Shown one piece after another: positions 11,540-24,227 of a stretch of 64,000 nt of DNA. Below the pieces are notes generated by a model that had not been told where the DNA came from, did no database searches, and worked only from the letters and a program-made list of their open reading frames with translations. Made by a program: the position numbers and the translations under genes. Source of the DNA: Raillietiella orientalis. Lineage: Eukaryota. The DNA lies in NCBI GenBank assembly GCA_036172245.1, contig JAYWIR010000028.1, positions 1,798,001-1,862,000 of the forward strand, given 5' to 3'. Position 1 is the stretch's first letter; each line of letters begins with the position of its first letter.

Positions 11540-12500
11540 AAGAAGAAGGCCTCAGCAGCTCCCTTCACAGAACTGGTCCTTGCTCCCGCGCACTTGGGTG
11601 GATGCCTCGGGCAGCTGGCTGCTAGTCCGTCGGCGAGTTTTCATTCGGAGTTGAATTCTTTCTGAGATTATAATGCAAGCCTGTATGCTGTGGAAAGACT
11701 GCGAGCCTCCGTAGACCAAAGGCAACTTTGATCTCGGATCATGGAGCACTTGGGATCTCTGCAGGGCGTGTAGCCTTTGATAGTCACATGAGGAGGAAAC
11801 TAAGTGCGCTCTTGAGAGCTCGATTTCACGAAGCCTCAAGGGCAGAGAAGCATGGCTTCCCCTGAAATAAGGGCACCCTGACCAGGACAAAATCCATCCT
11901 TCTTCAGCCACATACCCTTTCATGGAAGGCACGGAAGGTTCGAGGATTGCCGCTTTGTGCACGCGCTCTGCTGAACCTGAGACCAGTAGCAGCCCACGTG
12001 GGCCTTGGAAGCGGCATCGACCCCATGTCTGAGAGCGATTCGAAGGCTCGCAGGAGTCCTCACTACACTTTGAACTCCCAGGCCATCACTTCAGCACCAT
12101 CACGACAAAATTGGTTGGTCTGGCAAACAACAAAAAATGGGAGCTGATTGCTTGTAATCCCCGGATCCCCAGGACAGACTCCATCCTCCAGCCTGACCTT
12201 CTGGTGCAAGGCAACAGGGCTGTAACCCTACTCGATGTAACTTGTCTATCTGAAACCAACAAAGAGACCCTCTCAGACTCCGGAAAGGGAAAAACGGCAA
12301 ATTCTGAAGTGGGGCTCAGCATCCTGGTGCGAGTAACGGCCGCGGGATCCCTCGGAGCATGAAACCCACGAAAATTGGGGAATTCTGGAGGAGCCCAAAC
12401 TCGAAAGAAGGCTAGCTGAGAACCTCAAAAAGGAGATGCTGCGCTCTAACATCCAGCTCTCTCCTGAGAAATGTACTCAACCCATTGCATGGATCGCGGC
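11540..12500 (+). pseudogene. RLE-type (NeSL/Utopia-like) non-LTR retrotransposon ORF, post-RT to endonuclease
   Basis: Ordered motifs across frameshifts: LAPAHLGG, HPDQDK, RFEDCRFVHA..LNLRPV, QPDLLVQGNRAVTLLDVTC, GSLGA*. These match the PDQG / DWRFIHxARLN / PD..D / VGSLGAW series of NeSL/Utopia proteins. Confidence 0.65.
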
Positions 12501-12849
12501 ATGCGAACAACAAGCAGATAGGCAGAAAAATTCTGATACCAGTGCTGAAAGAACAAGATTCTGGAAACTGTGGAAGCTGTGGGTAATTCTCTCTGGCATT
12601 TTGCGCATCCTCCACCAATAATTTTTCTTGTAAACGCCAGCCTTTTGACTACGTGAAAGAGAGCTGCTGCCATCATGCCGGTTGGCAGCTGTCGTCACTC
12701 TCCTAAGGACCGTTTAGCACTACAGCCAAGGACGTGGCTGAAGAGAGGATCTACTGCTCCGAATGCTGAAGCATATTTTCGAAAGAGACTCAACTCCCAT
12801 GGTGATAGCTCAATCTCTCAATAGGAAGAGCTATTTGATCATCACGCCA

Positions 12850-13600
12850 GCCTCAGATGTGGACTGATTCCTGCCGTCATACGGTAGAGTCCGTGAATTG
12901 CCTGAAACCCTGGCAGCAAGAAGTTAAACGTCTCAGGGGAAACCCGAGGAGCTCTATGCCGGCGCAGTTGACTGGCAATAGTCCTTCGCAACCAACCTCT
13001 CGCCTGAGTGAATGACGCCTGGGTGTGGGATGCTTGGAAACACTCTGGTACTTGCTTCCCTGGTACAAGACGCGTCCGATAACATGATTTTGAGTATATC
13101 ATTCCTGCGCTGGGATAGCAAGATCCTGCAGATGAAAGTTAGACCTTCCAGGCTCTAATGAGACTCTCCGGAAAAAGCTATCGGTTCACATCTTTGCCCC
13201 GCATGAAGGATGGAAAAAATAAGGAAGAGAGGAAAGGGGAGACGAGGGAGCTTCAAACTGCGGTTCAGTTCGGCAAGAGGAATTTTTCCTCTGGGAACAG
13301 ACCTGGTGACGGCCTCGTCAGCCTTCAAGAGACAGTCAGACCTTGTCCCCGCAAAGTAGGAGTTGTCCAGAATGGCAACAAGGTAACTGACACTCTTCTC
13401 CATGGGAATCCCATGGGCGGATTCAGGTCGGTTCCTCTCTACACCACGACGCTCTCACCGAAGAGGTCATGGACTTCATGCACGTGCCTTTGGAGGATCA
13501 ACGCTAGTAACGTTCCAGAATCGCGAGGCCGCCGACTTGGACATGAGCAACAGGAGAAACAGGTAGTCCTCGTAAGTTTCCACAGCCGGTGTTGAAGAAT
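12850..13600 (-). pseudogene. RLE-type non-LTR retrotransposon ORF fragment
   Basis: The minus strand reads EDYLF..VGGLAIL, YQG..VPECFQAS, and RRHRAPRVSPETFNFLL (degenerate CxxC..ETLxHVL). Confidence 0.45.
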
Positions 13601-13809
13601 AGGATTTCAGCGGGATCTCCACATACATCCAGCACCAAATTAAACTAGAATCATGAAGGAGAGAGAAAGAAGAGGGATCGCTAGCAAAGGATCGCGAATT
13701 CATGAGTTCCCTGAGTGCTAGCGTGAGTGAGTATACGCGTTAATTTGCACACGTGAATTTTGTACCCCCCAACATTTGTGTTGCCACGTTCTGATACTCT
13801 CCTCGTAAA

Positions 13810-14400
13810 TAGGCACGGGAAACTTTCCCACTCCTGTTGCTGGATTGTGTCGTTGCCTTCCTGGGTGTCTGGGAACGTTCCGCTGCAGCCCTCCCGATGG
13901 ACAACAGCAGAAAGGTTTTGTGGTGCCTCGTCGTGGGCTACTCGATGTCCCCTGCAGCTTCCCTTGCAGGCGTATGCTGCCTTCATAGGATCGCGGTGGC
14001 AGGAAGCAGCGCCGAAAGAGGCCAGTCGAATGATGAGGTCATCCCAATCATCTGCTTCTTCATGAGGAAGGCGACAAGATGGCCACATCTCTGCCAACAA
14101 AAAGTGGAAGTCGCCAATATCCTCCAGCGAACGCTGAGGACGCCAGGGATAAATCTGTGACTTTCATCCTCAAAACATTTTTTAACTGAACTTTTGTGTT
14201 TTTCCTGTTTTGGTTTACTTCTTTTCCCCCACTTCTCTTATGCGGATCTCATCGTGGAAGCTGCTCACGAGAAGCGGAACCTTCTTCGTAGTGGTGATGT
14301 GAAGCCACTACGAAGAAGGGCACTCCTTATCTTTTATATAGCTGTTTTTTTTTTTTGTAAATATCTTTTTTTACAATAAACGCCCTGGCGTGACAGGGTA
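13810..14400 (+). mobile_element. 3' end of Tx1/L1-like LINE
   Basis: TFPLLLLDCVVAFLGVWERSAAAL resembles ETLPHLLLDC in the 62693 ORF. gatggccacatct matches the family tail, followed by a T-rich UTR and aataaacgccctggcgtga. Confidence 0.55.
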
Positions 14401-15914
14401 GAAATAAATAAGCACGCTGTTATTCGCTACGGATTATCCTGGCAGCACTTCAAGGGTTCTGGGAGTGATTGTGCTGTGAGTCTTTGGGAGTCAAGGGAGG
14501 TTTCGCTATCAACATGTCCTCTACTCTTCTGAACATTCACCACGTTGATGCGCATGCGCATACCACGGAGGGTGCAGGGACACATTAACGATCGACTCTG
14601 ATCGAACCATCCCCCACACTTGCTCGAAAAGAACCACGTGCGTCCTAACACGACCATCACGACGACACCAATGGAAGATATCTGCAGAGAATCATCCTCC
14701 CGCGAGACAGTCCAACTTTCCCTTTTCGCATCCAGAATGACTGGAAACTTTTACGCCATGGGAAACCATTTGCAGAGTCCCACCGGGATAAAAGAACTCA
14801 TACACGTGCTGACAAGATCCTTTGCTTTCTGGCTCTTGTGTGTGTTGTTCTCTTCCCTTTTTTATTACGAGCAATAAAAGAATCAAATGTTATTCTTTCT
14901 CCTGAGTACTACTGGTTTTCTTAAAGGATGGCTGCGGTCCATGACTGTCGTTTCTCGACCTTAATTTCCTAATAATCCCTGAAGATATGAGGAAAACCCG
15001 GAAAGGCAAACGTAGGTTCATTTGCTCGATTGGGTATCGAGTAATGCAATCATAGGGTGAGGCAAACCCACTGCAGCGGAGAAGCACGAAGCATCGAGCG
15101 TCTCTGAACTCAAAATAATCCGCCTCGTAATGTCCATTTGCAGAATTCTGAGGGTGTCCGAGATTTCGGATGTATTCCTGAAAGGGAAAGGGAGAGGAAG
15201 AAACTTAATTTTAATTTTAAATCAAGCTCAAAGCCGGAGCAGTGGAGGGTCCTTTGAGTCCTTTGAGTCTGGAAATTCTTCCGGCGGCTGCTCCCTTGAT
15301 CGGTCCTACGGAACCTCCGCAAGTCAGAATTCGATTAAGTGGCTAGGAGAAAGAGCAGATGCCCTTGCGGAATCATGTGAGATTCGGAGCAGGGATGCTG
15401 CTCGGAGAACCGCATGCAGCAGACGATGCGAGGCGCGCAGCCCTGCCACCCTTGTGGAATGTTGCCCGATTGATGAAGGGGAGTAGTGGTCCTCAAGCTG
15501 GATTTGGTGAATTCGGAGGGACTCTGGTAAACTTGCTTTCGCAAGAGTGCACTCGCCAACGCCGCCTCTCAGAGAACCTGAGATTGTTCACTTTTGCTCT
15601 CTCGCCTTCATCTCTTCTGGAGTCCCTGCACGAGCGTTTCAGCTGAAACTCCGACTCTGGCTTCCATGAGAGCAGCGACCGTTGGCAGCGTTTGCTGGCA
15701 CTGAGAACTTTACACGTGCTCCAAGGCGCACTGAAAGCAAGTGCAAGATGAGAGTGTATTCTTGCGGTGCTCCACACTGAGCACCACGAGAACCTCTGCC
15801 TGTTCGGTTGACCCATCGCGATTCTTCAGCAGCAACACCGATTTCATTTGCGCTTACTGGCAGCTTAGAACGTTCCAAAATCTCGAAAACAAAGCCCTTT
15901 GGACATTTCCGGGT

Positions 15915-16527
15915 TGAAAGACATGTGGTTACGGTCTCCACGCGTGGCACTAATCGTCGCGTGTTCGAATACCCAGAAAGAATCGACTCCGAGAAATGGA
16001 GGTACGTCATGGGTTTGAGTTCCTCCTACAAGAGGACGCTGGTTGGCCTGTCTTCGAGTGCGGCACCGATAGCGGTTAAAACTGGATATTCCCGATGAGA
16101 GGTTGAAATTGGGAGCCGATCTCCTAGTCCTTCCAGGAAACAGAATCAAGGAATGGGAGTTCCCCTCAGGCTGTGCTAAGGAGAGGAACCCCTCTCCGGG
16201 GGGAACCCTCCGTCTCGTACCATGGAGTAGGTAAAGTACCTCTCCAGAGAGGAGAAAAGTGTGCCACTCCCTTCGGAGAGCGCCGTTCTGAGAAATTTAG
16301 GGAGCGTCCCCTCGGGGTTCTGTTCAGAGGAGTAAACAGTAGTGGATCCTTCCCGGGTTCCTTTCAGATAAGAAAAAGTGGAGCGGAACCCTCTGGAGGT
16401 CCCTGCCCAGGCAGAGAGGAACGGACTCCCTTCTCTAGGGTCCTTCCTGGATTTATAGGGTGGTCCTCTCCCAGGGTATCTCCTATCGTGAAAATTACAC
16501 GCACCCTCGGGTGGCATGGGACACCCA
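15915..16527 (+). mobile_element. tRNA-headed hairpin-array leader, copy B
   Basis: gtggttacggtctccacgcgtggcac...gtgttcgaatac, a second gggtttgagttc, the hairpin units, and the terminal ccctcgggtggcatggga are all shared with copy C. Confidence 0.8.
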
Positions 16528-17850
16528 ATGCAAAGCTATAGGTGCGACAAGTAGAGATATCTGGCATTCGCGCGCTCCAAGCTCCAGGAGTGCTGCTGCT
16601 GCAGGGTGGCACAGCACCAAAAGCGAGTCCAGGACTAGCTCCAGCTACGGGAAGCTTCCTGAAGAAGTGCAAGAATGAGATCCACACTGCTGGAAGGGAA
16701 ACAAAAGCAGAGGGTGGCTTCCTTGCCTCGACCCCAGTCACACCGAGGAGGAACACATACGAAGACAACATCGCGTCGTCTCCGCCGAAGGCTAGAGCAG
16801 AAGCAAATCATTCCGGAAACTGAAACCTACCAAAGTAGTGAACGCTCGGCTTTTGAGAAGAACACAGTAAAATCTTCGAAGCATCCTTTCCGGAAGCAAC
16901 AAAGCACGAAGAGAGCAGGGAGAAATGAGTGCGTTTTCAAAAGGAATAGAGGATTTCTTGAAACCCTGCTAGGCGAGGAAGGGTGTAGGAGTACTCGACG
17001 TACTAAGAGTGTCCATCGTCACAAAGAACTCCAAGGACAGTCTCAGGATAAGAATAGTTGCGCTACGCATTGGGGAGATAGGCTGGAAAGGCAAACTGTG
17101 GGAAAAGCGAAGGAACAGCTTCTTCCAGACATCAGAACACTCAATCAGAAGAGAATCATATCAGCATATCAGCATCCGGGATCACAAGGAGAAATGCAAG
17201 GAATGGATTCTTACCTTATCCTGTAGCTGTCACGGATGTGTTGGGTGTTGGAGGACACGGCAGTGCATCCAGTGTCCGTAACTTTCAGCGCAATAAGACG
17301 TGGCATTCCCTGATAGAAAATCACAGGGGCTGAAGAGAAGCCATGTCATGAGTTGTTGCGTTGCCTGGTCGTCACCTTCTTCGCTTCAGGGTGACGCATT
17401 CGATCTTTCGGATTCCGGATTCGTCCATGCTGCTCGGCTCAGCACCTCCCGGCGAAGAGGATGGCATGTTGCGAGCAGGACCATGGCTGCTGAAGATATC
17501 GGGTCTGGGATGAAGATGCTGCCTCGCGTGCTTCGGTTCTCTTCTGCACGTGCAGAGGCGCAGAGCATTGCTTCCACTTCTTGAAGAAGGCAACGAAAAG
17601 GATCTGATAAGTGGTTTCCTACAGTGGGACTCCCGTTCCCGTCCAGATACTGCAAAGTAATGAATGTGCAATGCAATTGCATTGCACAAGGGAAGAATAG
17701 CCATGAGCTATTGGAGGTGAAGTTAGGCCCCTTCGAGGGCATCCCTGACGCGTGCAGAAACTCTCGAGAAAGACAGAAGACCAAGTACAAAGGCCTCTAC
17801 CTCTATGCAGAGACGGTGGATGTTTAGATGACTGTTCAAGCACTAACAGT
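16528..17850 (+). pseudogene. Internally deleted RLE-type (NeSL/Utopia-like) retrotransposon ORF downstream of leader B
   Basis: ATG at 16528 gives MQSYRCDK*RYLAFARSKLQEC (C2H2 spacing). Later motifs are QG..VMSCC..SS.LQGDAFDLSDSGFVHAARLS, MLPRVLRF (~ETLPHVLQF), and LLEVKLGPFEG..RERQKTKYKGL (RLE D..PFE..KxxKY). No RT motifs are seen in between. Confidence 0.6.
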
Positions 17851-19449
17851 TGGTTCTCTTCTGTTCTCAGCTTTCCAGAATGAGAAGATGATGAGAGAGC
17901 TATAACTCCCGCATCTGTGGCTCTATAGAATGAGGCGTATTATGGTTTCCTCCAGCTTTCAATAAGGCCGCGCTTGATGTCGATCCCATAACCTGGAATA
18001 TCCCTCTGATAAAGGAATCTACCAGAACATCAACGCCAAAAAGGAACCGGTCCAACTGGTTCGGATGAGGATGGAGGATTCTTTGAAATTACATCACAGA
18101 TCCATGTGAACAGGACGTGAAGACGGCGAAGATTGCAAGAACCACGGCCCCTTCATTCTACTCAATCCTTCCGCTCACTCAACATGCCGAACCGGTTCTC
18201 CTTATCGGGATGAGACATCGTCAGGTTGCCTGCATTCCCTCATCAATTAGGATCTCTTTAATTTATGTGAGCATGGCTGCGGACACTGCGGATAGAAAGC
18301 ACAAACGTTTCAAGACATCTCCGAGTTCGCACCAGACATGCTCCAAGCGCTTTCGTTCCCTGGTGTTCGCATCCTAATCTCAAGATCTCGATCCTGTTTC
18401 CTATCAGCAGACAAAGGAAGACAGTGAGCGAGGAGGCAACCTCAAGAAAAAATTTGAGCAGCACGTCACCTCCCAGGTCTTACGAAAGTCCATTCCCGTC
18501 CTCCACCCTCTTCCCCTCTGGCTTGGCGTTCAGATCTTCGTGCAGCAACAGTTCTCAGCTGGCTTCATCCCAGGGCACTTCCGGAGAGAGATCTATGTTG
18601 AGAGGGTACACAAAATGAACCGTACTAAGGACCCTCAGCAGGACCTGCCTTTCCCTGACCCGCTTCTGCTGCTAGACTCCCGAGATTCTTTTTATCCTAA
18701 ACACTGACCTTGAAGAAATGGTTGATTCCCCTTCTCCTCCTATTCTCCATTACTTGCTTTATTTGCAGAGAACTTCTTGCTCCGAACAGCTTGCCAGCTT
18801 GCTTTTCTTTCCGCTTCCCATCCAGAACGGAAAGAAAAGCGCTCACGAAGGCGCACGTTCCAGGATCAGAGACTCAGGAACAACCCCCACCCGATTGCTA
18901 GAGGCGGAGGATGCGCATTGGAACCGCGCGATCTCACCAAAAAAAAAAATGACTTCGGACTCAATGAATAGGGATCGAACCTCGTCAGCGACTTCCTCAC
19001 CTGAACGGCCTGAAAAGGATTCCCATTTTCGATGGTGCTACGTATGAGGAAGCCGAGCACGTGACTTTCGAAGAACCAGGGACCAAACTCGATATCGAGT
19101 TCAGGCCGAGGTGCCCAGGGGCCGTTTTCCGAAATCATGGCCTACAGGGAAAGGCTTGTAGAGAAATGGTAGCTAAACTCCTCCTTCAACTTCCCGTTCT
19201 TCTCGCCTACTCCCAAACTTCGATGAAGAAGAATGACTTTTTTTTTTTCGGGCTTCCGTGGTGAGTAATGCTCGTGACCAGCTGAGTTCAAGATCGGCGT
19301 GCAATCGCTCTTCCCCTTGACTCCTGAGAAACACGGAAAGGCAGTCGAGTTCCCTGGGAACAGGAACAACCTCCTCATTTACGACATCTACGCGTAGCTG
19401 CTGCAGACATTATGGGTCAGAGGCGCCACCGTGAAACTCATGGAGAGCC

Positions 19450-19676
19450 TTCAAGGCAGTGGAAACCGGTAAGTTGATGTATTATTCTCTGGATGATGCT
19501 TCCGTTCCTGCGTCTTTCAAAGAAACATCTGCTTTCTGCTTGAATCAGAAGAAGGAAAAGAAAAGCCATTGAATACAATGATCTTCTCTTGCCCTTCCCT
19601 ATCTGATTCTCCGAGAAAACAAACCTAATGAAATCAGATCTGGAGAGCATGCAGTCCTACCAAACCATCAAAACAC
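19450..19676 (+). repeat. Left arm of ~230 bp inverted repeat (partner 20961-21194)
   Basis: ctggatgatgcttccgttcctgcgtctttcaaag...gattctccgagaaaacaaacctaatgaaatcagatctg is the reverse complement of the partner arm. Confidence 0.85.
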
Positions 19677-20960
19677 TTCATGCCCTCGGCAACCAACAAG
19701 TCAACATGCTCTCGCCCCATCACATCCCGTCAGGTTTTCCCGGAGAGAGGCGTTGCACTACAGCTTCTCATTACCACACCCATTGCGTGGCACAAGCACG
19801 GATACAGACACGACGGAGAGACAGATGACGACTTCAACGTGGAGACAGGATGAGGACAAAGAGACAGGAAGAACAAGGAGATGAAGATGGATGGGCCAGT
19901 AGATGTGTAATTTCTTTATATACAGCTGCGTAGACGTACGTATGTGAACAGGTCTAGAGGCCAGGAGATGCACAGAAGATTGCATTTATTTATTCATGTG
20001 TCCACTTCACCCTCCGGCTTGCAGCCCACTTTCGAGCTCTTCACTTGTTGCGATTCCATTGCGTAAGAAACCATCCTGCGACCAGCTGCTCCAGTAGGTT
20101 TGCTGTAACCGAAAGGTTTCTCTCAGTTTTCACTTGAAAGAATGCACTTTTCGCCCGATGACCAAGTGCATTGCTACTGCAAGCAGCAAACAGTGCACAA
20201 GTAGTTATGGTTAATTGTCTGTGAGGATTGTTATCGTACCCACGGCTGAAGACTCACGTCTGCATTTTTTGTAGTCGTGAACATCTCTTGAATGTGGTAA
20301 AGTTCTTCCGTCACACCGAGATGTTTTTGCATCGCAAATAGAGATCCACTGAAGTGTGAAGGAACCGAAAATCGGAAGCTGGACTGTTCAGAGCGGAAGA
20401 CCTCGGAGTTGACAGAGTGTTCCAAGAAATCTTTGTCCTTTTGCTGGAGATGGAGTTTCTCTTTCCCAAGCTATGTCTTCCGGTTCCTCTTTTTGGGATA
20501 GCTCAGATGTTGCTGTCTAAGCAGGAACGAAAACAGTGGAGCCGAGAATACGAATCTTTCGTCAAATTTCTTGCTTTGCCTTGATTGTCTGGAAGTTGGG
20601 ATACATTTGTTGAAAGATTTTACATAACTGTACAAAAGATGAGAGGACCCATTTCTCAAGCAGGTTTGTAGTAGAGGGGGAACATGGTGATGAATTAAAA
20701 TTGTTTCCACTGTGGAGACAGAAAAACAGAGGAAATAGGATAAGCAGATTTCGAAGTCCATCATCAGTGACTTCACAAACAGCAATCGGAACGATGATGG
20801 CAGATAATTAGGATACTAACATGATGCGTTTCTAGAACGGAGGAAACGTGGCTGGTTCAGACGAAAGCAAAGCTCTTAGGAAGCTGGAAAATTTTTTGAC
20901 AGAAAGATCACAGTCGGTATGTATCATCAATCCTATTCACGTGCAACGTTCAGGAAAGGC

Positions 20961-21194
20961 GTGGTTTTCGGTGGTTTGGTGGGACCGCATGCTCTTCAGA
21001 TCTGATCTCATTAGTTTTGTTTTCTCGGAGAATCAGACACGGAAGGGCATTTCCAAGAGAAGATCGCTATATTTGATGACCTTTCTCCTTTTCTTTCTCC
21101 GGTTCCAAAGAAAGCAGATGCTCCTTTGAAAGACGCAGGAACGGAAGCATCATCCAGAGGATAAGTCAACGCCTCAGTTTCCACTTCCTCGGAA
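20961..21194 (-). repeat. Right arm of ~230 bp inverted repeat (partner 19450-19676)
   Basis: cagatctgatctcattagttttgttttctcggagaatc...ctttgaaagacgcaggaacggaagcatcatccag. Confidence 0.85.
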
Positions 21195-22449
21195 CAAAGA
21201 GGAGGGTGCATAAGAGTCCGTGTTTTGAATAAAGTTCCAGTGTCTTCTGTTCCTTCTTCCTGATCATGTTTAATCGTCACGGCCGGCATGCTGACTGCAA
21301 ACGTGGAAATTCTGTCTGGGAAATCACGTGATTGTCTGGAAACACGAAAAGAAGTGTGAATGGAAAATACGAGTGAGAAGGATGCTCACTGATTAAGAAC
21401 AAAACCGACTGTACTATTGACGACGATGGAATTGCGGTGTTCTTGCAAGCAACCATCTAAAATCGTGATCTTGGATTGGCCTAATACGTTCATACAGGGA
21501 GTCCGTGGAGCATCCGTTCGTTGAGCTACCTTGCTGTCCTCTGACTGACGAACACCAACAAACTGAGAAGGAGCACCGGGCTCGCTTGAAATCTGTCATA
21601 TAAACGTGCGCAATGGGATCAGCTGAAGGAATCCAATGGGCGTAGTGATTTCAGTGCATTTGGGAGGTCATCGTTGGTTACGAGGAACAGTAGAAACCAT
21701 CCTCAGGGAAGCAACACAGAAGAATGAATCGGAGCGTCTGAATACTAGGTGCATGTCTGCAAGAAGGTGTCCTTTTGATAGGATGGGAATCACCAAGGCA
21801 CGTGGGACTGCTCCAAGATTCGCATCCATGGCTGCAAAGACAGCGCTTCACGAGCTCTGCAGGAATTTCAGGCTGAGAGGTACTTTGTCTTCTTTCAAAA
21901 CCAAGAAACGATCTTTACATCTTATCTTTTGATTCTGAAAAATATGAATCGGCGAGTGAATGCGCCTTTCTGTGCTTTCGGTCTCTCTCTTACAGGATGG
22001 AAAGAGTTGTTGCGTTCGGAGAGCAAACTACTAACCACCCTTTAGGAGGTCCAGAAGATCACCTTGCACGTAAAGACAAGGAACGTTTAAACCCTCGAAC
22101 CAGATCTTAGCTTGGCAGATTGAAGATCCTCAGCAGTGCTCACTTTTTGCATGAGTCACACCTCAGGGATACCGTTAAGACGGTTTTCTGCTTCTTTGAA
22201 CGCGTCCAGTTCAAGCTGCTCTAGAAGATCTGAGAGATTCGAGTGAGAGCGACTAGTAAAAGAGGAAGCGCTCTGTGAAACAAGCTGCTTTTCTTGACCT
22301 TCCTGTTCCCAGGGCGTTCAGCTCTTCACTGCCTTTGCCTTTTTTTCTAAAGCACTTGGAACCACTTTATCAGTGAAGTAAGATTGATTCCAGAGAGCAA
22401 CACTGTTCCCTTGGGACAGAGCAGCTGCTGCAAAACCAAGAGAATATGG

Positions 22450-23300
22450 AAGGCAAGATGACGAAAAGATTCCTCTTATTTAGGAATCAAGGCTCCTTAT
22501 TATGGAGGATGAAAGCACTTCACTTCCTGGTTGATTTGGCAACTCATTTCGGTAAGAGAATCTTCTTTCTTCAGCAGACAGCATAGGAGATAGAGAACTC
22601 ATAGGCGTAGAGAAGGGACACGAAAAAATGCCGGCGGGTTTCCGAAACGTGTCCAGATCTGCTGAAGCTCTGATCTGGCTTCTTTGAGGTTCCCTCGACC
22701 TCATGATCGAAATGCCTAATCGTGTGTTCCCTCCAGGAGGCTCCTCATGCAGAATTCAAGAGCAAAGAGTAGTTCTGCAGAGCAGCTGCAATTCTCTGTG
22801 ACTCCTAGCGCGAATGCCTAGAAAGGCTGAAGGGATGATGAAGTCGTGGTGGTGCACCTGGCAATCAGACAGCCGAAGGCGACCTTGTGGCTGAAAATCT
22901 GAGCAGCCCTTCCCATTCCCCCTTTGAGCACCGTTTCGAGAACGAGCTCCGAATCACGGACGATTCTCCCGAGTTCTTCGTGATTTTCAAGAAGGGTGGA
23001 TATCTTCGAGATGCTTGCTTGAGCCCACAGGTAAGTGAACAAATTTCGTGTCTTCATTCATCACAGCATACTGGAATCAGCGTAGGCAAAGTCGGAGAAG
23101 CTGATAAAACTTTTCTTCACAAAAACTTTTCGCCGTCGGAGAGAAAGTAAGGCGGTCCACTTTCTTGGTCCAACCAACGCTCGAAAACTAAATAGGGAGA
23201 GAATCCTTGGGTCTTCTTGACAAAAGTGCCCTTGCAGCTACCCAAGGTGTTTGGTTTGTAAATCTGTAGACAGGAGAGCGGGGATGGTAAAGAGGGCAAA
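22450..23300 (-). pseudogene. RLE-type non-LTR retrotransposon fragment (post-RT region)
   Basis: Minus-strand pieces LKGGMG, SQIRASADL and ELPNQPGSEV occur in the expected order. Heavily decayed. Confidence 0.3.
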
Positions 23301-23789
23301 AGTGAATCCCCTGAGGAAAGTTTGAATTCTCTCCCTAAAGAGAGCGTGAAATTTCACTCAGTGCCAAAAAACACGACTCTGCAATCCAGCTAACGAGATT
23401 TCTCCTGTCCTTTCACAATCCATCATCTGGTTTTTATCCAGGAACAGTCGCAGTTCCCTAATTATGTCATTTTCACTTTTGGGAAAAGCGAGGATTTCCT
23501 CCGCAGAGCAATTCCACCCCTGACTAGAAAGGAGTCCAAATCATTCGGTTCTGAATGAGTTTGATTGAATTATGTCTAAAAATATTCCTCGAGGCACTCT
23601 GAGAAATTTGGTTTTCTTTAAAAAGAAAGAGTTCGAAATATGAATACTGCTGAAGATTTATGTAAATTTCTGTGTCTGACGCATGTGCGAAAAGGTGCTC
23701 TCCTCCTTGTTCGTTGCGGATTTCAGTGATCAGTAGGCTGGAGGTTCACATTGAGTTATGTTAGGAAATGCTATCCCATCTTAAATAAC

Positions 23790-24227
23790 ACATATGACGT
23801 GGAATGCTGAGATCGGGAATTGTTCTCTTCCTTCACGACAACGTGCTCCGTGGCAGCACATGCTGTCCGCACGCTCCAGACATTTCCAGACAATTCGATC
23901 GAGAACTTTTCGATCCCCACCTCGCAGTCCTACCCAGTGAGTACCACGTCTTCCTGCACCTCAAGAAGTGGCCCAACGATCCGAAGGGGAAAGTAGGGAG
24001 TTGAAAACTGCAGGGCTGTTGAACTGGTTGAACTCCCAGCCGGCGGAATTTGATGCAGAATCAAAAAGCTTGTTCCATGGTGTCAAAAGTGTTTGGGAAA
24101 AAAATGGTGACTACGTATAAAGATGACATGGGGGCATATGTTTCGAACCACCAATAGATATTTTCGTTTCTCTTATTCGTTCTTTCCCTATATCCGATTC
24201 GCCCTGGCTTTTGAAGTGCTCCTCGTA
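23790..24227 (+). mobile_element. mariner transposase C-terminal remnant with right TIR
   Basis: GMLRSGIVLFLHDN..., ELFDPH..PSEYHVFLHLKKW, LNWLNSQPAEF, KKLVPWCQKCLGKNGDYV. The element ends with cttttgaagtgctcctcg + TA, typical of mariner right ends. Confidence 0.85.
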
